Source of the DNA: a virus
Strand: one strand, 5' to 3'
IMG/VR virus record: IMGVR_UViG_3300044826_000112
Length of the DNA stretch: 64,000 bases
The first letter of the stretch is position 1, and each line of letters starts with the position of its first letter. Below are positions 33,301 through 42,722 of the stretch, one piece after another. The position numbers and the translations under genes are program-made. Below the pieces are notes generated by a model that worked only from the letters and a program-made list of their open reading frames with translations, searched no databases and had not been told where the DNA came from.

Positions 33301-35058
33301 CTGACCGTTGAACAGAGTGGAATCTACGGCCTTACCATTGATAGCCAGCTTGCCGTCAAGAGCCGCTTGTAGGCCTGCGATGTTGGCAATACCTAGGTTT
33401 TCCAAGTCGTGACGGTTCTGCTCGATGAAGTCTACGATCTCCTGAAGGCTGTTCAGGCTTTCGTTATCGACAGACATCAAGTTCTTCAGAGCGGCAATCT
33501 CGCCGCGAACAGTAGCAATGCCAGTAGAGGCATCCAGCTTCTCTTCGAAGTTACCATTGTGAGCGAAGTAGCCGATCTCTTTACCCATGAATAGGGCAGT
33601 ATCGGCAGCACGCTCAAGCTTACGCAGGTACTCTGTATCCAGCTGGGTGACACGCAGGTCAACGTATTCACGTTGTTCATCTACGTGCTGAGCGATACCG
33701 ATGATCTGAACGGTCTTGTTGCTGACGTCCAGAGACAACGCTTGCACTTCGTTACGAAGGCTACGAGTATCGTTGTTCAGCACCAGAGCTTCTGCCTTAG
33801 TATCTGCAAGAACCTTGTTGGTACTTACTACTTTGGCATCTAGATCAGCCTTGGCGACAACCAGATCATCGTTAAGATGCTGGATGTTTTGGTTCGCTTG
33901 GTTAGCCTGGTTGGTGTACTCCACCATCTGAGCTGTCAGAGTGGACACTTGAGACGCCAAGGACTCCGCAGAGGTGTTGGCAGTCTTAGCTGCACTGGTA
34001 GCTGCAGAGATTTGGTTGCGAACGTCTACGCTCAGAGTCTGGTAGTCCAGATTCAGCGTTGCGATGTTGGCATCTAGCTGAGTTAACAGCGAGTTAGCCT
34101 GGTCCAGCTTGATACCGGCAGCCTGAAGATCACTCTCCATGGCAGCTAAGCGGTTGGTCAGCTGGGTAGTAGTCGTGTTCACACTGGTAATCAGGTTGTT
34201 CACATCGCCGTTCACCTTGTTGACGTTAGCCTCAGCATCAGCAAGAGATGCGTTCAGCTGGTTGTAGGTGTTGGTGATCTGATCAAGCCGAGTAGAAAGC
34301 ACGTTAACGTCCACGACCAAAGAGTTGACCGTAGCGTACGCAGTGTTGGCAAGAGCCAGGGCATCCTTACTCTTGATGTCGCTTTCGTTAATGCGTTGGT
34401 TGATGGTGTTGATGTCAGCTACGCACTTAGCGATTTGATCGCTGATGGAGCTGATATTCGTGGCCGCAGTGACTACTTTCTGCTCCAGCACGCTCATACG
34501 AGACTCAAAGTCAGCTACGGATAGCTGGCTCTGTTGCAGATCAGTTGCTAGAGAAGTCAGTTGAGCACGCAGACCAGTAATGTCAGTTTCGGCCTGAGCG
34601 ATACGCCCCTGGATGTCACGTACCTTGATATTGGACGTGTTGATATCCGCCTCGATGGCTTTTGCAAGCACACCAAGGTTAGTGTAGAGGGTTTCCAGGT
34701 CTCGTTGAGCACCCTCAAGGGTGTCAAGTCGTCTGTCTAAGTCGTCTGCCTGAGTGTACATTCCGGCAAGGTCGTTACGAAGCTTCTGCGATTCTTGCAT
34801 GAACACTTCGTAAACGCCGGAGATGTCTTCTTGGGCTTGGTGGATGTCCTGTAAAGTCTTGTCTCTGACCTCTTCAAGGTCCGCTACCCCAGCATCAATC
34901 TTGTCGGTAGCGGCCTTGAGTTGAACGATCAGCGAATCCACATCGACGGAGACAGAATCGAGTAACGAGATCACGTACTTCGTCAGCTCGTTCGTAGAGA
35001 GAACAAGCTCGGACACTACTGTACGAGTCGGATCGTTGTACTTATTCTGGTCTGTCAT
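30379..35058 (-). CDS. Long tail fibre protein with an extended N-terminal coiled coil
   Basis: About 450 aa of heptad repeats, LNSLQEIVDFI, HTHxWxxITDKP repeats, GIVQLSSATNS..ATSAAVKTAYD repeats, KPTAxxVG linkers. Confidence 0.9.
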   Translation of the reverse strand: MTDQNKYNDPTRTVVSELVLSTNELTKYVISLLDSVSVDVDSLIVQLKAATDKIDAGVADLEEVRDKTLQDIHQAQEDISGVYEVFMQESQKLRNDLAGMYTQADDLDRRLDTLEGAQRDLETLYTNLGVLAKAIEADINTSNIKVRDIQGRIAQAETDITGLRAQLTSLATDLQQSQLSVADFESRMSVLEQKVVTAATNISSISDQIAKCVADINTINQRINESDIKSKDALALANTAYATVNSLVVDVNVLSTRLDQITNTYNQLNASLADAEANVNKVNGDVNNLITSVNTTTTQLTNRLAAMESDLQAAGIKLDQANSLLTQLDANIATLNLDYQTLSVDVRNQISAATSAAKTANTSAESLASQVSTLTAQMVEYTNQANQANQNIQHLNDDLVVAKADLDAKVVSTNKVLADTKAEALVLNNDTRSLRNEVQALSLDVSNKTVQIIGIAQHVDEQREYVDLRVTQLDTEYLRKLERAADTALFMGKEIGYFAHNGNFEEKLDASTGIATVRGEIAALKNLMSVDNESLNSLQEIVDFIEQNRHDLENLGIANIAGLQAALDGKLAINGKAVDSTLFNGQAIGYFVHDGNFNTKLNTQAVITTIRTDITNRSLTTHNHDGRYYRADADSSGAGNITISSTSSRAVNVQGNGSTVKGSLNAYSNGTGAGEVYVGKSNAIGGGMVFGGVADASTAGVALAGGGVNNLILYRQTAAGVREWTARNANNSNNWEFRGTILAQGVFDGANRVFSLGNLPDWANVTNKPAEATRWPTYAEVTGKPTEFTPTAHTHLWAHITDKPTEFAPSAHTHIWGEITDKPATFTPSAHNHYNVISQGRQTAWAGTTDPTYTGLSMVQAFANGYPLDYGNVLNLHGDVSGQIMLSDANKLMLRAKAAGGSWTDWTQVYTKLDRVDYTELLNVPTTFTPAAHTHPWAQITGVPVASVSAAGIVQLSSATNSTSATMAATSAAVKTAYDLAAAAVPKSGATLTGVLTGLAANGFRTTTQADGSYAGISAEGGHVMLWRRNGSTTKSDEFISINNASQMRFRMDSGVGDKTYSEYTVYHQGFKPTASEVGALSSTGGNISGEILFTGNGLSSGLRFLPTGTNDAFGIRCVNPDTNTGELEFYSTDDDVEPFVFRHYTTGMDGSGASVEWVRIDNTGLKIRGNLAYHAGNKPTATDVGLGSVNNWGATSAVNDASNTKYATAGAVKTAYDLAAAAMPKTGGIFSGGIVANGSIFSDTGVIRSKVAGTTSGGIHIGGGDGYAEIAPLLNADTIPVWAQALRYYGPDDWRIGATSRIFHANYLPTAAQVGALPSNGGILSGALTVALGASASGVKVETPSYPGFELRATGNADNVRRTIFEMNPSGALNIITRSDAGVNNGVVTINPGASGTVFHTGNAPTAAQVGLGSVQNWTYSNSYTGGSASKYATEKAVTDAYNALNTSKASKGGDTFTAQMIFSNGTNTIGGGGDLTKAWALFGTAANGLGIDTNEIHQSGDNLYLSADAARDIQLRIGGTTRARVNSTGLVTDALTLIGGPTMAYNSTTGCLEITFA

Positions 35059-35067
35059 TGGTTCACC

Positions 35068-36108
35068 TTATTTGGCGTCGATTTGTGCCTTCAGATCCTT
35101 GACTGCTTCAATCAGCAGAGCAGCCAGCAGACCATAGTCTACCGTCAGATCCCCGTCGATTTCCACAACTAGTTCTGGCAGAACTGCTTGTACTTCCTGG
35201 GCGATAACACCAATGGACGGACGTCCACTGTTCTTCCAGTTGAAGCTGTAGCCGTTAAGCCCATCAAGCTTGTCCCAAACCCCTGCCAGCTTCTGGATGT
35301 TGTCCTTCAGACGGCGGTCGGAGTAAGCAGTGATGTTGCTACCTGCAGAGATGGTGGACGAAACGGTCAGGATACCGTTAACGTTGATACCTGCAGAAGT
35401 GGCCTGAGCACGGCTGGTAGAGCCGTAGTACAGGTCAGATTCCAGCTTGTCGTACGCAGTCTTGACAGCCTTAGAGGTTGCCAGAGTGGTAGAGCTGGTG
35501 CTGCTTACGGAGTCTGAGCGGTTGTTGAACAGAGCATCTGCATAGGAGCGAGCAGCTGCGGCATCAGAGATACCCTTAGCAGCTTGCTGAGAAGCAACCA
35601 GAGCTGCGTCGTAAGTCACCTTCACCGCCTTGGAAGTTGCCAGAGAGGCAGAGCTATCAAAGGTTGTGGAGTCTGACTTGGCGTTAGGCAGGTTAGCCCA
35701 ACGGTCGTACGCAGCATCCGCCTTAGTCTGAGCGTTGATAGCACGAGTACGGGCGTCTTCAGCACGGTCGTAAGTGGTCTTGACCGCCATAGAGGTAGCC
35801 AAAGTGTTGCTGTCAGCCAGAGACACGGAGTCAGACTTGCTGTTAGGCAAGTTAGTCGTCGCGTTAGCAGCATCTTGAGCCAGTGTGTAAGCGGCATTCG
35901 CACGGGACAGAGCTTCTACACCCTTATCGTACGCCACTTTGACAGCGGAGCTAGAACCAACAGTAGTGGTTGAAGTGCTGTTTACGGCGTTGGAAATGCT
36001 CGTCTTGGCAACTTTAGCGTCAAGAGCAGCCATTAAGCCTGGGATGTTTTCAACCTGCAGGACCCCCAGACGGTCACGTAGCAGATCTTGAAGTCTTACT
36101 TGAGACAT
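35068..36108 (-). CDS. Short tail fibre protein with a C-terminal S74 chaperone domain
   Basis: Four xxSxAVKxxYD repeats; NITAYSDRRLKDNI, GVIAQEV, VDYGLLAALLIEAVK. Confidence 0.88.
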   Translation of the reverse strand: MSQVRLQDLLRDRLGVLQVENIPGLMAALDAKVAKTSISNAVNSTSTTTVGSSSAVKVAYDKGVEALSRANAAYTLAQDAANATTNLPNSKSDSVSLADSNTLATSMAVKTTYDRAEDARTRAINAQTKADAAYDRWANLPNAKSDSTTFDSSASLATSKAVKVTYDAALVASQQAAKGISDAAAARSYADALFNNRSDSVSSTSSTTLATSKAVKTAYDKLESDLYYGSTSRAQATSAGINVNGILTVSSTISAGSNITAYSDRRLKDNIQKLAGVWDKLDGLNGYSFNWKNSGRPSIGVIAQEVQAVLPELVVEIDGDLTVDYGLLAALLIEAVKDLKAQIDAK

Positions 36109-36818
36109 TACAGTACCCACTCAAAGTTGTTCCAGATCAGACGTACTTCTTCGCCAGGAACATCGACGAGGATAGAAGTAGCTTCACCACGAGCAGTGTT
36201 GATCTTCGTGGTAGACGCATGAGTGTTAACTACCGGTACCGCGGCACGAGTAGCTTCCAGCACGACACTGTCACCACGAGCCAGACCGGTCGGGTTAGGC
36301 AGGTAGAAGTTACCGTTGGCGTTCAGCATGTACTTCTTACCGCCAGCAACAAGGCTACCGGTAGCGTCACGATACTCAACAGAGCCGGATTCCACACGGG
36401 AAGCGTTGGACTGGTCGATCCAGTTAACGCCGTCGGAAACGAACTCGTACTCACCCTTGTTCTTGATGTCCAGGTTACTAACTTGGCCACCACCACGGGT
36501 AAGGATCACACCGGACAGGGCTTTTACTTTAACGACGCGGTCAGACAGAAGGATCTGTACCTTACGGCCGATTGCGTGACCTGGCAGAGTGATCGTGATG
36601 TTTGCTGTCGGATACAGCTTTTGCACTGGTGCATCTGGGCAAGTGTAGTTGGTTCCAATCTGTTTCCAGTCCCAACTCTCCACGTTACCAAGAGCTTCTT
36701 CCAGGGCGATGATGCGACGTTGGTTGTCTACGATGGTTGCAGACAGTGCGTCCAGGTCGCTGTCAGTTGCAATTTGAGTAGAGGCTCCCGCCTCTTGCAA
36801 CAGAGTTAATCCAGCCAT
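36108..36818 (-). CDS. Tail fibre-associated/baseplate protein
   Basis: First gene of the fibre operon; ITITLP...FVSDGVNW and LPNP..LARGDSV...LIWNNFEW modules typical of fibre-proximal domains. Confidence 0.65.
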   Translation of the reverse strand: MAGLTLLQEAGASTQIATDSDLDALSATIVDNQRRIIALEEALGNVESWDWKQIGTNYTCPDAPVQKLYPTANITITLPGHAIGRKVQILLSDRVVKVKALSGVILTRGGGQVSNLDIKNKGEYEFVSDGVNWIDQSNASRVESGSVEYRDATGSLVAGGKKYMLNANGNFYLPNPTGLARGDSVVLEATRAAVPVVNTHASTTKINTARGEATSILVDVPGEEVRLIWNNFEWVL

Positions 36819-36862
36819 GATTTACCTCTCTTAGGGGTGTTTACAGGAATCCACATATGAGG

Positions 36863-36877
36863 ATTTTAAGGTATAAC
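36863..36877. promoter_or_regulatory. Back-to-back promoter motifs: TAAAAT (- strand, tail operon) and GGTATAAC (+ strand, RNase H/primase operon)
   Basis: ATTTTAAGGTATAAC in the divergent intergenic gap. Confidence 0.55.
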
Positions 36878-36907
36878 TACCATGTAACCCTTTACTAAGG
36901 AGGTTGT

Positions 36908-37381
36908 ATGGCACCAACGCTAAATCTGAATAACGTCCACATGTACACGGACGGCTCTTGTAAGAACAACCCAGGCCCGGCAGGCTGGGGTCTGTATGTC
37001 CAATTTCCCGATGGCGGCGAGGAAAGACTCTGTGGTCCAGCTGGCATGCGTTCAACCAATAATCGTGGTGAACTCATGGCGATGATTGAGGCGCTGCGGA
37101 AAGTTGAGTTTTTAGAGTCCTCTGGGTACCTAGACGACCGCCAAGTCGATGTGTATACTGACTCGACTTACGTGAAGAATGGGCTCTTGGAGTGGGGACC
37201 CGGCTGGGCCCGCACTGCATTCCGAGGGGTGAAGAACAGTGACCTCTGGGAGGTTGCCTACCCGCTCTTCCTCTCTATCCGTCATACTATGAACATCTAC
37301 TGGGTCAAAGGTCACGCCGGCACCCCGGGCAACGTCATAGCTGACGAATTGGCAAATCAAGGGGTACTAATGAATGTTTAA
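36908..37381 (+). CDS. rnhA: Ribonuclease HI
   Basis: YTDGSCKNNPGPAGWG, STNNRGEL, YTDSTYV, KNSDLW, WVKGHAG..GN..ADELA. Confidence 0.97.
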   Translation: MAPTLNLNNVHMYTDGSCKNNPGPAGWGLYVQFPDGGEERLCGPAGMRSTNNRGELMAMIEALRKVEFLESSGYLDDRQVDVYTDSTYVKNGLLEWGPGWARTAFRGVKNSDLWEVAYPLFLSIRHTMNIYWVKGHAGTPGNVIADELANQGVLMNV

Positions 37382-40247
37382 GGAAATCAAAGAGCAGGTC
37401 GACTTTCTCGAGCTGTACAACTTCTATCTGGGCGACGAATTCCCACTGAAACAAGCCACATCTGACACCATCATGACAGAAGATGACGTGTGTCCGTGGC
37501 ATGGCGGTCATGGAAGCTTCCGCATCAAGTATGTAGAAGATGACCGTGAGCAGCAGTATGCGAACTGCTTTGGCCATTGCCACTTCGATGGTCCGGCAGA
37601 CCACATCGAGTTCGTACGTCGTACTCTCGGTCTGGACTCCGCACGTGAAGCGGCAGAGCGTATCATTGCAGACTTCAAGCTGGACATCCAAAGCGGCATG
37701 TCTGTAAGCCAGAAGATCTTCTTCGCAGCAGCTGAGTATTACCGGGATGCCTTCCTGCTGACTAATCGTCCACAGCCGAACTTGCAGGGTAAGACTCCTG
37801 TTCAGTATCAAATCGAAAACCGAGGCCACCTCGAGAGTACGCTTAACCGCATCAACATCGGCTGGACCGATGGTGGTCTGTGTGCTCACCTGTTGTCTTT
37901 AGGTTTCAGTCAGGACTCCATCATCAACTCCGGCTTGGGCCATATGGTCAAAGTTCGTGGACAACAGACGGAAATCTTGATCGACTACTTCATGGCCGGA
38001 TGCTTTATCTATCCGCACTATGTACAAGGACGCCCGTCGGACTTCACCATCAAGCACATGCCATTGCCTGGTAAAGAGCGGAAGGAGTATCGCCTCAAGA
38101 ACTCCTATCGCCTGAACAACCCAGTGTTCTACGGGATGGAAGACCTCAACAGTGGCAAGATCGCTATCGTTGAAGGTGAGAACGACCGGGCGTCTCTGCT
38201 TGATGCCAAGTGGGACGGCTGCGTGCTGTGCTGCAACGGTCAGCTGAAGAACGAACAGCTCAAGTACATCCAGGATAAGCTCGCTGACCGTGAAATCTTC
38301 ACGTTCTTCGATGCTGACGAAGCCGGTACCAAGTACATCGAGAAGATGTGGAAGGTAGCCGCAGCAGGCCGTATCCCGAACCTCTATCAGTTCGGTGTGC
38401 CGGAAGAGAAGTACAAGGATATCGACGACTTCATCAAGAATGAAGGACGTGGTGCCTTTATCCGCATGATTGAGAGTGGTGAGTTCCTTCTGGAACGTCC
38501 GTCTGATGAAGAGGTAGTTGAGGTGTCCGTAGAGAACCGCGGCTCCAAGTCTATCCTCGTCAAGAACGGTCGCTACTACGCAGTCAAGGTGGACAACGAA
38601 GGCGGTGAGCGTCACATCGAAATCTCCAACTTCATCATCAAGCCGCGTAACACCTACGACTATGTCGAACAGGGTATGCTGCTGCGTGAGGTTGTGGTGG
38701 TTCGCTATGATGGCCGTAGCTCTCGCCCGATGACCATCGACTCAGCCCAGAAGACCAGCCTTCGTCTGTTCAAACAGAAGATGGCGGACATCATGGACTG
38801 TGCGTTCAAGGGTACCGAGCAAGACCTCGCCAACATGTGGGACTTCATCCAAGAGACCAGCAAGGAGCGGAACGTGCAAATCGTTCATGGTATCGGGCAT
38901 ATCCCGTCCATGAAGGGTTGGCTGTTCGGTAACGTGTACGTCTCCGAAGAGGGTGCCATCATGACTCCTGATAATGAAGGGGTTATCTGGGTTCAGCAGG
39001 ACACCGGCATCATGGCTAGGTCTCCGTCTGGTTCCAGTATTGGTGTGGACGTACCGTGCCTCAAGACAGATATCGGCCCGCACGATGTAGAGGGCTTCCT
39101 CGACTATCAAGGCAAAGTCCTGCGAGCTTTCGTAGGTGCTGCCGGTAGTATCGGTGCAGGTTTGACTATGCTGGCTTGGAGCCGAATGCAGGCAGAGTCG
39201 GATGCCATTCACGCTTCCTTTAACTTCGTGCCGTTCCTGCACTACTGGGGTAAGCACGGTAAGGGTAAATCCACTATGGCAGGCTGGCTGACCGGCATGT
39301 GGGACATGCACAACAAGGGTGTGTTCACCGTGGGCAACCTGCGTTCCACCGTAGGCTTCGAGCGTCTGGCGGGCTACTATCGTAGTCTTCCGATGGCGAT
39401 TGATGAACTGCGGGCTGACGAGCAGGCCTTGAAGTACTCGGATATCTGGCGTGGTTACTACAACCGCTACAGCCGTGTGATGGCTAGCCGTGAACTGGAA
39501 GGTGGTGTGAAGGTCAATCCTATCCACTCCAACTTCATCTTCTGCGGCCAGGATACCTTCGCTGACCCGGCTATGGCTAAGCGTTGTGTGACCTTGAAGA
39601 TGCCTGAGATGGGTGGTGACGCCCCTGCGTTTAACTTCCTGACCAATGAGCACGATGTGGGGAACTTCTCCCGTCTGGGCTTCCATTGGATTCTGGAAGC
39701 AGCTCGCGACGGTACTCCTAACAACCTCAACGGGATTCGTGAGTATGAGGCTACCTTGGAAATCGAGGACAACCGGGCACGTCTGAACTGGTCTGTGGTC
39801 GGCTTCTATGCCGAGCGTCTGGCCAAGCTCTACTATCCGGACTTCGACTTCAAGAAGTTCATCTACTCCTGCCTGAACGAGACCATGGAAGACGTGGCGT
39901 TGACTGACCTGTCCAAGACCTTTTGGCAGGCCGTAGCAGTACTGATGCAAGACGAGATGAAGAACCCGTTTACCGACGGTGACTTCAAGATCTTCAACAA
40001 CCAACTGCGGATGTGGTCCACTTCGGTAATCCCGAAGGTGCTGGCCAACCATGTAGTTCCTATGAAGGGGTTCTCTGCGTCGTCTGTACGCAGTGCTCTT
40101 GCAGAGGAGCCGTACTACGCCGGCAAGATCAAGTGCCGGATGCACAGCTCTACTAGCCCAGTCTCGACTGACATCTTCGAACCTTCGAAGGTAGAGGATG
40201 AGAACTTCAAGCTGGTAATGTCTATGTTCGCAGGCGGTACAGCTTAA
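37374..40247 (+). CDS. DNA primase-helicase (Zn finger + DnaG-type TOPRIM + C-terminal P-loop NTPase)
   Basis: CPWH...NCFGHC; IVEGEND, FFDADEAG, KDIDD; GKHGKGKST Walker A; AIDE Walker B. Confidence 0.9.
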   Translation: MFKEIKEQVDFLELYNFYLGDEFPLKQATSDTIMTEDDVCPWHGGHGSFRIKYVEDDREQQYANCFGHCHFDGPADHIEFVRRTLGLDSAREAAERIIADFKLDIQSGMSVSQKIFFAAAEYYRDAFLLTNRPQPNLQGKTPVQYQIENRGHLESTLNRINIGWTDGGLCAHLLSLGFSQDSIINSGLGHMVKVRGQQTEILIDYFMAGCFIYPHYVQGRPSDFTIKHMPLPGKERKEYRLKNSYRLNNPVFYGMEDLNSGKIAIVEGENDRASLLDAKWDGCVLCCNGQLKNEQLKYIQDKLADREIFTFFDADEAGTKYIEKMWKVAAAGRIPNLYQFGVPEEKYKDIDDFIKNEGRGAFIRMIESGEFLLERPSDEEVVEVSVENRGSKSILVKNGRYYAVKVDNEGGERHIEISNFIIKPRNTYDYVEQGMLLREVVVVRYDGRSSRPMTIDSAQKTSLRLFKQKMADIMDCAFKGTEQDLANMWDFIQETSKERNVQIVHGIGHIPSMKGWLFGNVYVSEEGAIMTPDNEGVIWVQQDTGIMARSPSGSSIGVDVPCLKTDIGPHDVEGFLDYQGKVLRAFVGAAGSIGAGLTMLAWSRMQAESDAIHASFNFVPFLHYWGKHGKGKSTMAGWLTGMWDMHNKGVFTVGNLRSTVGFERLAGYYRSLPMAIDELRADEQALKYSDIWRGYYNRYSRVMASRELEGGVKVNPIHSNFIFCGQDTFADPAMAKRCVTLKMPEMGGDAPAFNFLTNEHDVGNFSRLGFHWILEAARDGTPNNLNGIREYEATLEIEDNRARLNWSVVGFYAERLAKLYYPDFDFKKFIYSCLNETMEDVALTDLSKTFWQAVAVLMQDEMKNPFTDGDFKIFNNQLRMWSTSVIPKVLANHVVPMKGFSASSVRSALAEEPYYAGKIKCRMHSSTSPVSTDIFEPSKVEDENFKLVMSMFAGGTA

Positions 40248-40255
40248 GGTGCATT

Positions 40256-40477
40256 ATGATCTCCTCATGGGTCTTAAAAGTCTCTCATAGTGAAGTGTTC
40301 GTTAAAGGCTATCTGGCTAGACGACGCTTGATTATTCAGGGGCGCGTGGATGGAGACCCCGATTGGGGTCTCATATTCGATCAACTTGTGCAATACTATC
40401 ACGTAGATGATGTAAGCATGGGTGGAACAATCATGAAGGCGTTCAACGCCGTACAGACACTTAAGGAGAAACGCTAA
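40256..40477 (+). CDS. Hypothetical protein
   Basis: AAGG RBS; coupled to the next gene (TAATG). Confidence 0.6.
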   Translation: MISSWVLKVSHSEVFVKGYLARRRLIIQGRVDGDPDWGLIFDQLVQYYHVDDVSMGGTIMKAFNAVQTLKEKR

Positions 40478-40722
40478 TGGCACTATGGATGAAGGTTGAT
40501 TTCAGAACGGCACTTCCTGTTGACGGCAATGAGGATGCGCTTCAGCTGCAGAAGTATCAACTGAAGTTCAAACTGACCACTAAAGATCTTCATGACACCC
40601 GTCATGAGACTTGGAAAGCCAGGGTTCAGGAGGTCCTCCATCAATGGGAAGGGCGTCCAGAGAACTGGCCGGTAATGGTCCTTGGGACCGAGATCATTGA
40701 ACAGGAGGACGAAGAACAATGA
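40477..40722 (+). CDS. Hypothetical protein
   Basis: AAGGAG RBS; overlapping stop/start. Confidence 0.7.
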   Translation: MALWMKVDFRTALPVDGNEDALQLQKYQLKFKLTTKDLHDTRHETWKARVQEVLHQWEGRPENWPVMVLGTEIIEQEDEEQ

Positions 40723-41381
40723 TCGATTTAGAAGCAGCCCGCAAGGCGATTCACTTTGTAATGCCCGACTCTATCTTTATGTGTGACCTGGAGACTGTGG
40801 CCCTGACTGAGGATGCGTACATCCTCTCTATCGGCGGCCTGGTGTTCAAGCCATCTGAAGGTATCGGCGGGATCATCGATGCTGACGGTAAGTTGATCTG
40901 CCCTAGCTTTGAGATCTTCATCTCTGGCGAAGGCCAAGAAGGCCGCTTCCAGGACCCCAACACGGTTAAGTGGTGGGATGGTCAGCCGGCATCTAGCCGG
41001 GAGCTGATGTTTGGTCCTGATACTCCTCGCATGAGCCTGGAGCAGGGGATCGACTTCATGCTGGCGTTCCTGGACAAGACCAAGCCTACCCACGGCTCGG
41101 CCAACTCCCCGTCGTTCGACTTCAACATCCTGAAGCACGCGATGCGTCCGTACACCAAGAAGTTCAACTTCCCCTTCTGGAACGAGATCGACTACCGCTC
41201 CATCGAGAGCTTCGTATTCGGTACCAACGTCCGTAAAGAAGGCATGCCGTTCCACTTCGGGACCAAGCATACTGCCCTGGATGACTCCATCTCCCAGGCA
41301 ATCGCCCTGTGCTACATGTATCAGTGGCGTCGTGAGATCGATCAGGCTTACGGCGGTGGTGCCCGCACTCGCGGCGGCTGA
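40719..41381 (+). CDS. DEDDh 3'-5' exonuclease
   Basis: CDLETV, ILSIG, TVKWW, ANSPSFDFNIL, HTALDDSISQA. Confidence 0.88.
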   Translation: MIDLEAARKAIHFVMPDSIFMCDLETVALTEDAYILSIGGLVFKPSEGIGGIIDADGKLICPSFEIFISGEGQEGRFQDPNTVKWWDGQPASSRELMFGPDTPRMSLEQGIDFMLAFLDKTKPTHGSANSPSFDFNILKHAMRPYTKKFNFPFWNEIDYRSIESFVFGTNVRKEGMPFHFGTKHTALDDSISQAIALCYMYQWRREIDQAYGGGARTRGG

Positions 41382-41407
41382 CCTGCTCACTACATATGTA
41401 CCATGCA

Positions 41408-41415
41408 GGTATAAG
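41408..41415 (+). promoter_or_regulatory. GGTATAAG phage promoter motif
   Basis: Intergenic, 20 nt before the next ATG; same motif at 42698, 44068, 51795, 59562. Confidence 0.6.
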
Positions 41416-41435
41416 TGATGTAGGAGGGCAACACT

Positions 41436-41708
41436 ATGCTTACTACATTACTTCTCACAGTGGCAGTTTCGGCTGCCACTCCTCAAGAATCTTGCCAGCT
41501 GGAAGCCAACAAAGTCTTCGTTCACGAAGTCGTGCAGGTAACCAACGGCAAACCCCTGATGCTCACCCGTGTTGGAACTTGTGACAAAGGCGATCCAATT
41601 AACATCGTGGAAAAAGAAGTGGTGGTATATCGATTACCTCCGCAGAAGCCTCTCGTCCCCAAAACCGGTGGTGACTACGAATACACAGCAGTCTTGGAGA
41701 TTAACTAA
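41436..41708 (+). CDS. Hypothetical exported protein
   Basis: GGAGG RBS; signal peptide-like MLTTLLLTVAVSA. Confidence 0.7.
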   Translation: MLTTLLLTVAVSAATPQESCQLEANKVFVHEVVQVTNGKPLMLTRVGTCDKGDPINIVEKEVVVYRLPPQKPLVPKTGGDYEYTAVLEIN

Positions 41709-42694
41709 TGCACGAACTACATGATGCGTATGAGGAAGTAACATTTGGCGGTCATCACAAGAGTGACCGCACTGGAACCGGGACGATCTCCCGGTTCGGT
41801 AACTTCAAAAGTTATGACCTCTTCCCCAACCGTCTTCCTTTAGCTACCGGCAAGAAGACGAATATCAAAGCCATTGTTCGTGAGCTTGAATGGTTCTTCC
41901 GCGGCGAGACCAACATCAAGACTCTCGACTCAAAGATCTGGGATGAGTGGGCCGATGAGAACGGCGAGCTAGGCCCGATCTACGGCAAGCAATGGCGTCG
42001 TTGGGAAGACATCAAACTGTGTGATGCCGGTGTCGAATCCATGTGGGAAGCTGCAGGTTACAGTGCTATTGGCACTACTGAAGATGGCCAATTCGTCATG
42101 CGTCGTGAGATCGACCAGATTGCCAAGGTCATCGAGCAGCTGAAGACCGATCCAGACTCTCGCCGCATTCTCCTGTCTGCCTGGAACGTAGGTGATCTCG
42201 AGCAGATGGCTCTGAACCCCTGCCATGTACTGGTCCAGTTCTACACTCACGAAGCTACTCTCACTGAGCGTCGTATCTACCTGCGTGAAGTTGTCTCCAC
42301 AGAGAAGCTGAACTACATGGATACCGCCAGCCTCACTCATGAGCAACTAGATGAGCTGAAGATCCCTCGCCGTATGCTGAGCAGCATGCTGTATCAGCGT
42401 TCCGGTGACATGTTCCTTGGGGTTCCTTTTAACATCGCCAGTTACTCCATCCTGACCCACCTGCTGGCCAAGGAATGTGGTATGATTGCCTATGAATTCA
42501 AGCATATCATCGGCGATGCTCACGTGTACTCTAACCACCGCGAGCAGATCGATCAGTATCTGGAGCTGCCAATATATAAGTGCCCATCGATCACTTTCGA
42601 CGCCGATACTACTGTCGAGAACTTCTGCTTCGAGAAGATGCACGTTCACGACTATATCCACGGCCCCGTCATTAAAGCACCAGTGGCCGTCTGA
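41708..42694 (+). CDS. thyA: Thymidylate synthase
   Basis: DRTGTGT, ELEWF, IWDEWAD, LGPIYGKQWR, DSRRILLSAWN, ALNPCH, YQRSGDMFLGVPFNIASY, GDAHVYSNH. Confidence 0.97.
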   Translation: MHELHDAYEEVTFGGHHKSDRTGTGTISRFGNFKSYDLFPNRLPLATGKKTNIKAIVRELEWFFRGETNIKTLDSKIWDEWADENGELGPIYGKQWRRWEDIKLCDAGVESMWEAAGYSAIGTTEDGQFVMRREIDQIAKVIEQLKTDPDSRRILLSAWNVGDLEQMALNPCHVLVQFYTHEATLTERRIYLREVVSTEKLNYMDTASLTHEQLDELKIPRRMLSSMLYQRSGDMFLGVPFNIASYSILTHLLAKECGMIAYEFKHIIGDAHVYSNHREQIDQYLELPIYKCPSITFDADTTVENFCFEKMHVHDYIHGPVIKAPVAV

Positions 42695-42697
42695 TCA

Positions 42698-42705
42698 GGT
42701 ATAAG
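42698..42705 (+). promoter_or_regulatory. GGTATAAG phage promoter motif
   Basis: Intergenic, upstream of the ligase RBS. Confidence 0.6.
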
Positions 42706-42722
42706 TAACGTAGGAGGAATTT

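Noticed and set aside
41708-42694. dUMP/dCMP hydroxymethylase supplying a base for DNA glycosylation by the GT cluster
   Set aside because: Motifs are canonical ThyA, including PFNIASY (Asn specifying dUMP) and folate-binding residues
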